A stretch of 64,000 nt of DNA from Squalus acanthias (Eukaryota): positions 98,210,001 through 98,274,000 of the forward strand of contig CM059431.1 of NCBI GenBank assembly GCA_030390025.1, written 5' to 3'. The position numbers were made by a program, and so were the translations under genes. Under the pieces are notes generated by a model. That model was not told where the DNA came from. It saw only the letters and a program-made list of their open reading frames with translations, and ran no database searches. Positions 33,101 through 48,100 of this stretch are shown one piece after another; the first letter of the stretch is position 1; each line of letters starts with the position of its first letter.

Positions 33101-36100
33101 GTCAGCAACTAGATTCTTCAGTGGGAGTCAGTAACTAGGATCGTCAGTGTGAGTCAGTAACTAGAGTCGTCAGTGGGAGTCAGTAACTAGAATCGTCAGT
33201 GAGAGTCAGTAACTAGATTCTTCAGTGGGAGTCAGTAACTAGAATCTTCAGTGGGAGTCAGTAACCAGAATCTTCAGTGGGAGTCAGTAACTAGAATCGT
33301 CAGTGGGAATCAGTAACTAGAGTCGTCAGTGGGAGTCAGTAACTAGATTCTTCAGTGGGAGTCAGTAACTAGAGTCGTCAGTGGGAGTCAGTAACTAGGA
33401 TCATCACTGGGAGTCAGTAACTAGGATCGTCAGTGGGAGTCAGTAACTAGATTCTTCAGTGGGAGTCAGTAACTAGGATCGTCAGTGTGAGTCAGTAACT
33501 AGATTCTTCAGTGGGAGTCAGTAACTAGGACCGTCAGTGGGAGTCAGTAACTAGGATCGTCAGTGAGAGTCAGTAACTAGAATCGTCAGTGAGAGTCAGT
33601 AACTAGAATCTTCAGTGTGAGTCAGTAACTAGGTTCGTCAGTGAGAGTCAGTAACTAGAATCGTCAGTGGGAGTCAGTAACTAGAATCGTCAGTGGGAGA
33701 CAGTAACTAGAATCTTCAGTGGGAGTCTGTAACTAGAATCGTCAGTGGGAGTCAGTAACTAGGATCGTCAGTGGGAGTCAGTAACTAGAATCGTCAGTGG
33801 GAGTCAGTAAGTAGAATTGTCAGTGGGAGTCAGTAACTAGGATCGTCAGTGGGAGTCAGTAACTAGAATCGTCAGTGGGAGTCAGTAACTAGAATCGTCA
33901 GTCGGAGTCAGTAACTAGAATCTTCAGTGGGAGTCTGTAACTAGAATCGTCATTGGGAGTCAGTAACTAGTATCGTCAGTGGGAGTCAGTAACTAGAATC
34001 GTCAGTGGGAGTCAGTAACTAGAATCGTCAGTGGGAGTCAGTAACTAGGATCGTCAGTGGGAGTCAGAAACTAGAATCGTCAGTGGGAATCAGTAACTAG
34101 GATCGTCAGTGGGAGTCAGTAACTAGATTCTTCAGTGGGAGTCAGTAACTAGAATCTTCAGTGGGTGTCAGTAACTAGTATCGTCAGTGGGAGTCAGTAA
34201 CTAGATTCTTGAGTGGGAGTCAGTAACTAGAATCGTCAGTGGGAGTCAGTAACTAGATTCTTGAGTGGGAGTCAGTAACTAGAATCTTCAGTGGGAGTCA
34301 GTAACTAGTATCGTCAGTGGGAGTCAGTAACTAGAATCTTCAGTGGGAGTCAGTAACTAGAATCGTCAGTGGGAGTCAGTAACTAGGATTCTTGAGTGGG
34401 AGTCAGTAACTAGAATCGTCAGTGGGAATCAGTAACTAGGATTCTTCAGTGGGAGTCAGTAACTAGAATCGTCAGTGGGAGTCAGTAACTAGAATCGTCA
34501 GTGGGAGTCAGTAACTAGAATCTTCAGTGGATGTCAGTAACTAGAATCGTCAGTGGGATTCAGTAACTAGGATTCTTCAGTGGGAGTCAGTAACTAGAAT
34601 CGTCAGTGGGAGTCAGTAACTAGAATCGTCAGTGGGAGTCAGTAACTAGGATCGTCAGTGGGAGTCAGAAACTAGAATCGTCAGTGGGAATCAGTAACTA
34701 GGATCGTCAGTGGGAGTCAGTAACTAGATTCTTCAGTGGGAGTCAGTAACTAGAATCTTCAGTGGGTGTCAGTAACTAGTATCGTCAGTGGGAGTCAGTA
34801 ACTAGATTCTTGAGTGGGAGTCAGTAACTAGAATCGTCAGTGGGAGTCAGTAACTAGATTCTTGAGTGGGAGTCAGTAACTAGAATCTTCAGTGGGAGTC
34901 AGTAACTAGTATCGTCAGTGGGAGTCAGTAACTAGAATCTTCAGTGGGAGTCAGTAACTAGAATCGTCAGTGGGAGTCAGTAACTAGGATTCTTGAGTGG
35001 GAGTCAGTAACTAGAATCGTCAGTGGGAATCAGTAACTAGGATTCTTCAGTGGGAGTCAGTAACTAGAATCGTCAGTGGGAGTCAGTAACTAGAATCGTC
35101 AGTGGGAGTCAGTAACTAGAATCTTCAGTGGATGTCAGTAACTAGAATCGTCAGTGGGATTCAGTAACTAGGATTCTTCAGTGGGAGTCAGTAACTAGAA
35201 TCGTCAGTGGGAGTCAGTAACTAGAATCGTCAGTGGGAGTCAGTAACTAGATTCTTCAGTGGGATTGAGTAACTAGAATCTTCAGTGGGAGTCAGTAACT
35301 AGGATCGTCAGTGGGAGTCAGTAACTAGAATCTTCAGTGGGAGTCAGTAACTAGGATCGTCAGTGGGAGTCAGTAACTAGAATCGTCAGTGGGAGTCAGT
35401 AAGTAGAATTGTCAGTGGGAGTCAGTAACTAGGATCGTCAGTGGGAGTCAGTAACTAGAATCGTCAGTGGGAGTCAGTAACTAGAATCGTCAGTCGGAGT
35501 CAGTAACTAGAATCTTCAGTGGGAGTCTGTAACTAGAATCGTCATTGGGAGTCAGTAACTAGTATCGTCAGTGGGAGTCAGTAACTAGAATCGTCAGTGG
35601 GAGTCAGTAACTAGAATCGTCAGTGGGAGTCAGTAACTAGGATCGTCAGTGGGAGTCAGAAACTAGAATCGTCAGTGGGAATCAGTAACTAGGATCGTCA
35701 GTGGGAGTCAGTAACTAGATTCTTCAGTGGGAGTCAGTAACTAGAATCTTCAGTGGGTGTCAGTAACTAGTATCGTCAGTGGGAGTCAGTAACTAGATTC
35801 TTGAGTGGAGTCAGTAACTAGAATCGTCAGTGGGAGTCAGTAACTAGATTCTTGAGTGGGAGTCAGTAACTAGAATCTTCAGTGGGAGTCAGTAACTAGT
35901 ATCGTCAGTGGGAGTCAGTAACTAGAATCTTCAGTGGGAGTCAGTAACTAGAATCGTCAGTGGGAGTCAGTAACTAGGATTCTTGAGTGGGAGTCAGTAA
36001 CTAGAATCGTCAGTGGGAGTCAGTAACTAGGATTCTTCAGTGGGAGTCAGTAACTAGAATCGTCAGTGGGAGTCAGTAACTAGAATCGTCAGTGGGAGTC

Positions 36101-39100
36101 AGTAACTAGAATCTTCAGTGGATGTCAGTAACTAGAATCGTCAGTGGGATTCAGTAACTAGGATTCTTCAGTGGGAGTCAGTAACTAGAATCGTCAGTGG
36201 GAGTCAGTAACTAGAATCGTCAGTGGGAGTCAGTAACTAGATTCTTCAGTGGGATTGAGTAACTAGAATCTTCAGTGGGAGTCAGTAACTAGGATCGTCA
36301 GTGGGAGTCAGTAACTAGAATCTTCAGTGGGAGTCAGTAACTAGGATCGTCAGTGGGAGTCAGTAACTAGATTCTTCAGTGGGAGTCAGCAACTAGATTC
36401 TTCAGTGGGAGTCAGTAACTAGGATCGTCAGTGTGAGTCAGTAACTAGAGTCGTCAGTGGGAGTCAGTAACTAGAATCGTCAGTGAGAGTCAGTAACTAG
36501 GATCGTCAGTGGGAGTCAGTAACTACATTCTTCAGTGGGAGTCAGTAACTAGAATCTTCAGTGGGAGTCAGTAACCAGAATCTTCAGTGGGAGTCAGTAA
36601 CTAGAATCGTCAGTGGGAATCAGTAACTAGAGTCGTCAGTGGGAGTCAGTAACTAGATTCTTCAGTGGGAGTCAGTAACTAGAATCGTCAGTGGGAGTCA
36701 GTAACTAGAGTCGTCAGTGGGAGTCAGTAACTAGGATCATCACTGGGAGTCAGTAACTAGGATCGTCAGTGGGAGTCAGTAACTAGAATCGACAGTGGGA
36801 GTCAGTAACTAGATTCTTCAGTGGGAGTCAGTAACTAGGATCGTCAGTGTGAGTCAGTAACTAGATTCTTCAGTGGGAGTCAGTAACTAGGACCGTCAGT
36901 GGGAGTCAGTAACTAGGATCGTCAGTGAGAGTCAGTAACTAGAATCGTCAGTGAGAGTCAGTAACTAGAATCTTCAGTGTGAGTCAGTAACTAGGTTCGT
37001 CAGTGAGAGTCAGTAACTAGAATCGTCAGTGGGAGTCAGTAACTAGAATCGTCAGTGGGAGTCAGTAACTAGAATCGTCAATGGGAGTCATTAACTAGGA
37101 TCGTCAGTGGGAGTCAGTAACTAGATTTTTCAGTGCGAGTCAGTAACTCGGATCGTCAGTGGGAGTCAGTAACTAGAATCGTCAGTGGGAGTCAGTAACT
37201 ACAATCGTCAGTGGGAGTCAGTAACTAGAATTGTCAGTGGGAGTCAGTAACTAAGTTCGTCAGTGGGAGTCAGTAACTAGAATCGTCAGTGGGAGACAGT
37301 AACTAGAATCTTCAGTGGGAGTCTGTAACTAGAATCGTCAGTGGGAGTCAGTAACTAGGATCGTCAGTGGGAGTCAGTAACTAGAATCGTCAGTGGGAGT
37401 CAGTAAGTAGAATTGTCAGTGGGAGTCAGTAACTAGGATCGTCAGTGGGAGTCAGTAACTAGAATCGTCAGTGGGAGTCAGTAACTAGAATCGTCAGTCG
37501 GAGTCAGTAACTAGAATCTTCAGTGGGAGTCGGTAACTAGAATCGTCAGTGGGAGTCAGTAACTAGTATCGTCAGTGGGAGTCAGTAACTAGAATCGTCA
37601 GTGGGAGTCAGTAACTAGAATCGTCAGTGGGAGTCAGTAACCAGGATCGTCAGTGGGAGTCAGAAACTAGAATCGTCAGTGGGAATCAGTAACTAGGATC
37701 GTCAGTGGGAGTCAGTAACTAGATTCTTCAGTGGGAGTCAGTAACTAGAATCTTCAGTGGGTGTCAGTAACTAGTATCGTCAGTGGGAGTCAGTAACTAG
37801 ATTCTTGAGTGGGAGTCAGTAACTAGAATCGTCAGTGGGAGTCAGTAACTAGATTCTTGAGTGGGAGTCAGTAACTAGAATCTTCAGTGGGAGTCAGGAA
37901 CTAGTATCGTCAGTGGGAGTCAGTAACTAGAATCTTCAGTGGGAGTCAGTAACTAGAATCGTCAGTGGGAGTCAGTAACTAGGATTCTTGAGTGGGAGTC
38001 AGTAACTAGAATCATCAGTGGGAATCAGTAACTAGGATTCTTCAGTGGGAGTCAGTAACTAGAATCGTCAGTGGGAGTCAGTAACTAGAATCGTCAGTGG
38101 GAGTCAGTAACTAGAATCTTCAGTGGATGTCAGGAACTAGAATCGTCAGTGGGAGTCAGTAACTAGGATTCTTCAGTGGGAGTCAGTAACTAGAATCGTC
38201 AGTGGGAGTCAGTAACTAGAATCGTCAGTGGGAGTCAGTAACTAGATTCTTCAGTGGGATTGAGTAACTAGAATCTTCAGTGGGAGTCAGTAACTAGGAT
38301 CATCAGTGGGAGTCAGTCACTAGAATCTTCAGTGGGAGTCAGTAACTAGGATCGTCAGTGGGAGTCAGTAACTAGATTCTTCAGTGGGAGTCAGTAACTA
38401 GGATCGTCAGTGTGAGTCAGTAACTAGAGTCGTCAGTGGGAGTCAGTAACTAGAATCGTCAGTGAGAGTCAGTAACTAGGATCGTCAGTGGGAGTCAGTA
38501 ACTAGATTCTTCAGTGGGAGTCAGTAACTAGAATCGTCAGTGAGAGTCGGTAACTAGGATCGTCAGTGGGAGTCAGTAACTAGATTCTTCAGTGGGAGTC
38601 AGTAACTAGAATCTTCAGTGGGAGTCAGTAAGCAGAATCTTCAGTGGGAGTCAGTAACTAGAATCGTCAGTGGGAATCAGTAACTAGAGTCGTCAGTGGG
38701 AGTCAGTAACTAGATTCTTCAGTGGGAGTCAGTAACTAGAATCGTCAGTGGGAGTCAGTAACTAGAGTCGTCAGTGGGAGTCAGTAACTAGGATCGTCAC
38801 TGGGAGTCAGTAACTAGGATCGTCAGTGGGAGTCAGTAACTAGAATCGTCAGTGGGAGTCAGTAACTAGATTCTTCAGTGGGAGTCAGTAACTAGGATCG
38901 TCAGTGTGAGTCAGTAACTAGATTCTTCAGTGGGAGTCAGTAACTAGGACCGTCAGTGGGAGTCAGTAACTAGGATCGTCAGTGGGAGTCAGTAACTAGG
39001 ATCGTCAGTGGCAGTCAGTAACTAGGATCGTCAGTGGGAGTCAGTAACTAGGATCGTCAGTGGGAGTCAGTAACTAGGATCGTCAGTGGGTGTCAGTAAC

Positions 39101-42100
39101 TAGGATCGTCAGTGGGTGTCAGTAACTAGAATCGTCAGTGGGAGTCAGTAACTAGATTCGTCAGTGCGAGTCAGTAACTAGATTCTTCAGTGGGAGTCAG
39201 TAACTAGAATCGTCAGTGAGAGTCAGTAACTAGGATCGTCAGTGGGAGTCAGTAACTAGGATCGTCAGTGAGAGTCAGTAACTAGATTCTTCAGTGTGAG
39301 TCAGTAACTAGAATCGTCAGTGGGAGTCAGTAACGAGGATCGTCAGTGGGAGTCAGTAACTAGGATCGTCAGTGGGAGTCAGTAACTAGGATCGTCAGTG
39401 GGAGTCAGTAACTAGGATCGTCAGTGGGAGTCAGTAACTAGGATCGTCAGTGGGTGTCAGTTATTAGAGTCGTCTTTGGGAGTCAGTAACTAGATTCTTC
39501 AGTGGGAGTCAGTAACTAGAATCGTCAGTGAGAGTCAGTAACTAGGATCGTCAGTGGGAGTCAGTAACTAGAATCGTCAGAGGGAGTCAGTGACTAGGAT
39601 TGTCAGTGGGAGTCAGTAACTAGGATCGTCAGTGGGAGTCAGTCACTAGATTCTTCAGTGGGAGTCAGTAACTAGAATCGTCAGAGGGAGTCAGTGACTA
39701 GGATTGTCAGTGGGAGTCAGTAACTAGGATTGTCAGTGGGAGTCAGTAACTAGAGTCGTCAGTGAGAATCAGTAACTAGGATCGTCAGTGGGAGTCAGTC
39801 ACTAGATTCTTCAGTGGGAGTCAGTAACTTGAGTCGTCAGTGAGAGTCAGTAACTAGATTCTTCAGTGGGAGTCAGTAACTAGGATCATCAGTGGGAGTC
39901 AGTAACTAGAATCATCAGTGGGAGTCAGTAACTAGAGTCGTCAGTGGGAGTCAGTAACTAGATTCTTCAGTGGGAGTCAGTAACTAGAATCGTCAGTGGG
40001 AGTCAGTAACTAGGATCGTCAGTGGGAGTCAGTAACTAGGATCGTCAGTGGGAGTCAGTAACTAGGATCGTCAGTGGGAGTCAGTAACTAGAATCATCAG
40101 TGGGAGTCAGTACCTAGATTCTTCAGTGGGAGTCAGTAACTAGGATCGTCAGTGGGAGTCAGTAACTAGGAACTTCAGTGGGAGTCAGTAACTAGAATAG
40201 TCAGTGGGAGTCAGTAACTAGATTCTTCAGTGGGAGTCAGTAACTAGATTCTTCAGTGGGAGTCAGTAACTAGATTCTTCAGTGGGAGTCAGTAACTAGA
40301 TTCTTCAGGGGGAGTCAATAACTAGAATCGTCAGTGGGAGTCAGTAACTAGAATCGTCAGTGGGAGTCAGTAGCTAGAATCGTCAGTGGGAGTCATTAAC
40401 TAGATTCTTCAGTGGGAGTCAGTAACTAGATTCTTCAGTGGGAGTCAGTAACTAGATTATTCAGTGGGAGTCAGTAACTAGATTCTTCAGTGGGAGTCAG
40501 TAACTAGAATCGTCAGTGGGAGTCAGTAACTAGGATCGTCAGTGGGAGTCAGTAACTAGATTCTTCAGTGGGAGTCAGTAACTAGAATCGTCAGTGGGAG
40601 TCAGAAACTAGAATCGTCAGTGGGAGTCAGTAACTAGATTCTTCAGTGGGAGTCAGTAACTAGAATCGTCAGTGGGAGTCAGTAACTAGGATCGTCAGTG
40701 GGAGTCAGTAACTAGATTCTTCAGTGGGAGTCAGTAACTAGAATCGTCAGTGGGAGTCAGTAACTGGAATCGTCAGTGGGAGTCAGTAACTAGATTCTTC
40801 AGTGGGAGTCAGTAACTAGGATCGTCAGTGGGAGTCAGTAACTAGAATCGTTAGTGGGAGTCAGTCACTAGATTCTTCAGTGAGAGTCAGTAACTAGGAT
40901 CGTCAGTGGGAGTCAGTAACTAGAATCGTCAGTGGGAGTCAGTAACTAGGATCGTCAGTGGGAGTCAGTAACTAGGATCGTCAGTGGGAGTCAGTAACTA
41001 GATTCTTCAGTGGGAGTCAGTAACTAGGATCGTCAGTGGGAGTCAGTAACTAGATTCTTCAGTGGGAGTCAGTAACTAGATTCTTCAGTGGGAGTCAGTA
41101 ACTAGATTCTTCAGTGGGAGTCAGTAACTAGATTCTTCAGTGGGATTCAGTAACAAGGATCGTCAGTGGGAGTCAGTAACTAGATTCTTCAGTGGGAGTC
41201 AGTAACTAGATTCTTCAGTGGGAGTCAGTAACTAGATTCTTCAATGGGAGTCAGTAACTTGGCTCATCAGTGAGAGTCAGTAACTAGGATCGTCAGTGGG
41301 AGTCAGTAACTAGGATCGTCAGTGGGAGTCAGTAACTAGATTCTTCAGTGGGAGTCAGTAACTAGGATCGTCAGTGGGAGTCAGTAACTAGATTCTTCAG
41401 TGGGAGTCAGTAACTAGATTCTTCAGTGGGAGTCAGTAACTAGATTCTTCAGTGGGAGTCAGTAACTAGATTCTTCAGTGGGATTCAGTAACAAGGATCG
41501 TCAGTGGGAGTCAGTAACTAGATTTTTCAGTGGGAGTCAGTAACTAGATTCTTCAGTGGTAGTCAGTAACGAGATTCTTCAGTGGGAGTCAATAACTAGG
41601 ATCGTCAGTGGGAGTCAGTAACTAGAATCGTCAGTGGGAGTCAGTAACTGGAATCTTCAGTGGGAGTCAGTAACTAGGATCGTCAGTGGGAGCCATAACT
41701 AGAATCGTCAGTGGGAGTCAGTAACTAGGATCGTCAGTGGGAGTCATTAACTAGATTCTTGAGTGGGAGTCAATAACTAGATTCTTCAGTGGCAGTCAGT
41801 AACGAGCTTCTTCAGTGGGAGTCAATAACTAGGATCGTCAGTGGGAGTCAGTAACTAGAATCGTCAGTGGCAGTCAGTAACTGGAATCTTCAGTGTGAGT
41901 CAGTAACTAGGATCGTCAGTGGGAGCCATAACTAGAATCGTCAGTGGGAGTCTCTAACTAGAATCGTCAGTGGGAGTCAGTAACTAGAGTCGTCAGTGGG
42001 AGCCATAACTAGAATCGTCAGTGGGAGTCAGTAACTAGAGTCGTCAATGGGAGCCATAACTAGAATCGTCAGTGGGAGTCAGTAACTAGAATCGTCAGTG

Positions 42101-45100
42101 GGAGTCAGTAACTAGAATCGTGAGTGGGAGTCAGTAACTAGAGTCGTCAGTGGGAGCCATAACTAGAATCGTCAGTGGGAGTCAGTAACTAGAGTCGTCA
42201 GTGGGAGCCATACCTAGAATCGTCAGTGGGAGTCAGTAACTAGAGACGTCAGTGGGAGCCATAACAAGAATCGTCAGTGGGAGTCAGTAACTAGGATCAT
42301 CAGTGGGAGTCAGTAACTAGAATCGTCAGTGAGAGTCAGTAACTAGAATCGTCAGTGGGAGTCAGTAACTAGGATCGTCAGTGGGAGTCAGTAACTAGAA
42401 TCGTCAGTGGGAGCCATAACTAGAATTTTCAGTGGGAGTCAGTAACTAGAATCGTCAGTGGGAGTCAGTAACTAGATTCTTCAGTAGGAGTCAGGAGCTA
42501 GAATCGTCAGTGGGAGTCAGTAACTAGATTCTTCAGTGGGAGTCAGTAACTAGATTCTTCAGTAGGAGTCAGTAACTAGAATCGTCAGTGGGAGTCAGTA
42601 ACTAGATTCTTCAGTAGGAGTCAGTAACTAGAATCGTCAGTGGGAGTCAGTAACTAGATTCTTCAGTAGGAGTCAGTAACTAGAATCGTCAGTGGGAGTC
42701 AGTAACTAGATTCTTCAGTAGGAGTCAGTAACTAGAATCGTCAGTGGGAGTCAGTAACTAGATTCTTCAGTAGGAGTCAGTAACTAGACTCGTCAGTGGG
42801 AGTCAGTAACTAGATTCTTCAGTAGGAGTCAGTAACTAGGATCGTCAGTGGGAGTCAGTAACTAGGATCGTCAGTGGGAGTCAGTAACTAGGATCGTCAG
42901 TGGAAGTCAGTAACTAGAATCGTCTGTGGTTTTCAGTAACTAGAATCGTCAGTGGGAGTCAGTAACTAGATTCTTCAGTGGGAGTCAGTAACTAGGATCG
43001 TCAGTGGGAGTCAGTAACTAGGATCGTCAGTGGGAGTCAGTAACTAGATTCTTCAGTGGGAGTCAGTAACTAGGATCGTCAGTGGGAGTCAGTAACTAGA
43101 TTCTTCAGTGGGAGTCAGTAACTAGGATCGTCAGTGGGTGTCAGTAACTAGAGTCGTCAGTGGGAGTCAGTAACTAGAATTGTCAGTGGGAGTCAGTAAC
43201 TAGGATCGTCAGTGGGAGTCAGTAACTCGGATCGTCAGTGGGAGTCAGTAACTAGAATCGTCAGTGGGAGTCAGTAACTAGTATCGTCAGTGAGAGTCAG
43301 TAACTAGAATCGTCAGTGGGAGTCAGTAACTGGAGTCGTCAGTGGGAGTCAGTAACTAGTATCGTCAGTGGGAGTCAGTAACTAGAATCGTCAGTGGGAT
43401 TCAGTAACTAGTATCGTCAGTGGGAGTCAGTAACTAGAGTCGTCAGTGGGAGTCAGTAACTAGTATCGTCAGTTGGAGTCAGTAACTAGGATCGTCAGTG
43501 GGAGTCAGTAACTAGATTCTTCAGTGGGATTCAGTAACTAGTATCGTCAGTGGGAGTCAGTAACTGGAATCGTCAGTGGGAGTCAGTAACTAGAATCGTC
43601 AGTGGGAGTCAGTAACTAGAATTGTCAGTGGGAGTCAGTAACTAGGATCATCAGTGGGAGTCAGTAACGAGAATCATCAGTGGGAGTCAGTAACTAGAGT
43701 CGTCAGTGGGAGTCAGTAACTAGATTCTTCAGTGGGAGTCAGTAACTAGGATCGTCAGTGGGAGTCAGTAACTCGGATCGTCAGTGGGAGTCAGTAACTA
43801 GGATCGTCAGTGGGAGTCAGTAACTAGAGTCGTCAGTGGGAGCCATAACTAGAATCATCAGTGGGAGTCAGTAACTAGAGTCGTCAGTGAGAGTCAGTAA
43901 CTAGATTCGTCAGCGGGAGTCAGTAACTAGGATCGTCAGTGGGAGTCAGTAACTAGAATCATCAGTGGCAGTCAGTAACTAGAGACGTCAGTGGGAGTCA
44001 GTAACTAGATTCTTCAGTGAGAGTCAGTAACTAGAGTCGTCAGTGGGAGTCAGTAACTAGAATCGTCAGTGGGAGTCAGTAACTAGGATCGTCAGTGGGA
44101 GTCAGTAACTAGGATCGTCAGTGGGAGTCAGTAACTAGAATCGTCAGAGGGAGTCAGTAACTAGGATCGTCAGTGGGAGTCAGTAACTAGGATCGTCAGT
44201 GGGAGTCAGTAACTAGAGTCGTCAGTGAGAGTCAGTAACTAGATTCTTCAGTGGGAGTCAGTAACTAGGATCATCACTGGGAGTCAGTATTAGAATCATC
44301 AGTGGGAGTCAGTAACTAGAATCGTCAGTGGGAGTCAGTAACAAGATTCTTCAGTGGGAGTCAGTAACTAGTATCGTCAGTGGGAGTCAGTAACTGGAAT
44401 CGTCAGTGGGAGTCAGTAACTAGAATCGTCAGTGGGAGTCAGTAACTAGAATTGTCAGTGGGAGTCAGTAACTAGGATCATCAGTGGGAGTCAGTAAATA
44501 GAATCATCAGTGGGAGTCAGTAACTAGAGTCGTCAGTGGGAGTCAGTAACTAGGATCGTCAGTGGGAGTCAGTAACTAGGATCGTCAGTAGGAGTCAGTA
44601 ACTAGAATCGTCAGTGGGAGTCAGTAACTAGTATCGTCAGTGGGAGTCAGTAACTAGAATCGTCAGTGGGAGTCATTAACTAGAGTCGTCAGTGGGAGTC
44701 AGTAACTAGTATCGTCAGTGGGAGTCAGTAACTAGAATCGTCAGTGGGATTCAGTAACTAGTATCGTCAGTGGGAGTCAGTAACTAGAGTCGTCAGTGGG
44801 AGTCAGTAACTAGTATCGTCAGTGGGAGTCAGTTACTAGGATCGTCAGTGGGAGTCAGTAACTAGATTCTTTAGTGGGATTCAGTAACTAGTATCGTCAG
44901 TGGGAGTCAGTAACTAGAATCGTCAGTGGGAGTCAGTAACTAGATTCTTCAGTGGGAGTCAGTAACTAGTATCGTCAGTGGGAGTCAGTAACTGGAATCG
45001 TCAGTGGGAGTCAGTAACTAGAATCGTCAGTGGGAGTCAGTAACTAGAATCGTCAGTGGGAGTCAGTAACTAGGATCATCAGTGGGAGTCAGTAACTAGA

Positions 45101-48100
45101 TTCTTCAGTGGGAGTCAGTAACTAGGATCGTCAGTGGGAGTCAGTAACTAGGATCGTCAGTGGGAGTCAGTAACTAGAATCGTCAGTGGGAGTCAGTAAC
45201 TAGGATCGTCAGTGGGAGTCAGTAACTAGAATCGTCAGTGGGAGTCAGTAACTAGGATCATCAGTGGGAGTCAGTAACTAGATTCTTCAGTGGGAGTCAG
45301 TAACTAGAATCGTCAGAGGGAGTCAGTAACTAGGATCGTCAGTGGGAGTCAGTAACTAGGATCGTCAGTGGGAGTCAGTAACGAGAGTCGTCAGTGAGAG
45401 TCAGTAACTAGATTCTTCAGTGGGAGTCAGTAACTAGGATCATCAGTGGGAGTCAGTATTAGAATCATCAGTGGGAGTCAGTAACTAGAATCGTCAGTGG
45501 GAGTCAGTAACTAGTATCGTCAGTGGGAGTCAGTAACTAGAATCGTCAGTGGGAGTCAGTAACTAGATTCTTCAGTGGGAGTCAGTAACTAGTATCGTCA
45601 GTGGGAGTCAGTAACTGGAATCGTCAGTGGGAGTCAGTAACTGGAATCATCAGTGGGAGTCAGTAACTAGAATCGTCAGTGGGAGTCAGTAACTAGGATC
45701 ATCAGTGGGAGTCAGTAACTAGAATCATCAGTGGCAGTCAGTAACTAGAATCATCAGTGGGAGTCAGTAACTAGAATCGTCAGTGGGAGTCAGTAACTAG
45801 GATCGTCAGTGGGAGTCAGTAACTAGAATCGTCAGTGGGAGTCAGTAACTAGAATCATCAGTGGGAGTCAGTAACTAGAGTCGTCAGTGGGAGTCAGTAA
45901 CTAGATTCTTCAGTGGAAGTCAGTAACTAGGATCGTCAGTGGGAGTCAGTAACTAGGATCGTCAGTGGGAGTCAGTAACTAGAGTCGTCAGTAAGAGCTA
46001 TAACTAGAATCATCAGTGGGAGTCAGTAACTAGAGTCGTCAGTGAGAGTCAGTAACTAGATTCGTCAACGGGATTCAGTAACTAGGATCATCAGTGGGAG
46101 TCAGTATTAGAATCATCAGTGGGAGTCAGTAACTAGAGTCGTCATTGGGAGTCAGTAACTAGATTCTTCAGTGGGAGTCAGTAACTAGGATCGTCAGTGG
46201 GAGTCAGTAACTAGGATCGTCAGTGGGAGTCAGTAACTAGGATCGTCAGTGGGAGTCAGTAACTAGAATCGTCAGTGGGAGTTAGTAACTAGGATCGTCA
46301 GTGGGAGTCAGTAACTAGAATCGTCAGTGGGAGTCAGTAACTAGATTCTTCAGTGGGAGTCAGTAACTAGGATCGTCAGTGGGAGTCAGTAACTAGAGTC
46401 GTCAGTGGGAGTCAGTAACTAGATTCTTCAGTGGTAGTCAGTAACTAGATTCTTCAGTGGGAGTCAATAACTAGGATCGTCAGTGAGAGTCAGTAACTAG
46501 AATCGTCAGTGGGAGTCAGTAACTAGAATCGTCAGTGGGAGTCAGTAACTAGAATCGTCAGTGGGAGTCAGTAACTAGGATCGTCAGTGGGAGTCAGTAA
46601 CTAGGATCGTCAGTGGAAGTCAGTAACTAGGATCGTCAGTGGGAGTCAGTAACTAGAATCGTCAGTGGGAGTCAGTAACTAGGATCGTCAGTGGGAGTCA
46701 GTAACTGGGATCGTCAGCGGGAGTCAGTAACTAGATTCTTCAGTGGGAGTCAGTACTAGAATCGTCAGTGGGAGTCCGTAACTAGGATTGTCAGTGGGAG
46801 TCAGTAACTAGGATCGTCATTGGGAGTCAGTAACTGGAATCGTCAGTGGGAGTCAGTAACTAGGATCGTCAGTGGGAGTCAGTAACTAGGATCGTCAGTG
46901 GGAGTCAGTCACTAGAATCGTCAGTGGGAGTCAGTCACTAGAATCGTCAGAGGGAGACAGTAACTAGAATCGTCAGTGGGAGTCAGTAACTAGAATCGTC
47001 AGTGGGAGTCAGTAACTAGATTCTTCAGTGGGAGTCAGTAACTAGGATCGTCAGTGGGAGTCAGTAACTAGATTCTTCAGTGGGAGTCAGTAACTAGGAT
47101 CGTCAGTGGGTGTCAGTAACTAGAGTCGTCAGTGGGAGTCAGTAACTAGAATCGTCAGTGGGAGTCAGTAACTAGGATCGTCAGTGGGAGTCAGTAACTA
47201 GGATCGTCAGTGGGAGTCAGTAACTAGAATCGTCAGTGGGAGTCAGTAACTAGTATCGTCAGTGAGAGATAGTAACTAGAATCGTCAGTGGGAGTCAGTA
47301 ACTGGAGTCGTCAGTGGGAGTCAGTAACTAGTATCGTCAGTGGGAGTCAGTAACTAGAATCGTCAGTGGGATTCAGTAACTAGTATCGTCAGTGGGAGTC
47401 AGTAACTAGAGTCGTCAGTGGGAGTCAGTAACTAGTATCGTCAGTGGGAGTCAGTAACTAGGATCGTCAGTGGGAGTCAGTAACTAGATTCTTCAGTGGG
47501 ATTCAGTAACTAGTATCGTCAGTGGGAGTCAGTAACTGGAATCGTCAGTGGGAGTCAGTAACTAGAATCGTCAGTGGGAGTCAGTAACTAGAATTGTCAG
47601 TGGGAGTCAGTAACTAGGATCATCAGTGGGAGTCAGTAACTAGAATCATCAGTGGGAGTCAGTAACTAGAGTCGTCAGTGGGAGCCAGTAACTAGATTCT
47701 TCAGTGGGAGTCAGTAACTAGGATCGTCAGTGGGAGTCAGTAACTAGGATCGTCAGTGGGAGTCAGTAACTAGGATCGTCAGTGGGAGTCAGTAACTAGA
47801 GTCGTCAGTGGGAGCCATAACTAGAATCATCAGTGGGAGTCAGTAACTAGAGTCGTCAGTGAGAGTCAGTAACTAGATTCGTCAGCGGGAGTCAGTAACT
47901 AGGATCGTCAGTGGGAGTCAGTAACTAGAATCATCAGTGGCAGTCAGTAACTAGAGTCGTCAGTGAGAGTCAGTAACTAGATTCGTCAGTGGGAGTCAGT
48001 AACTAGAATCGTCAGTGGGAGTCAGTAACTAGGATCGTCAGTGAGAGTCAGTAACTAGAATCGTCAGAGGGAGTCAGTAACTAGGATCGTCAGTGGGAGT

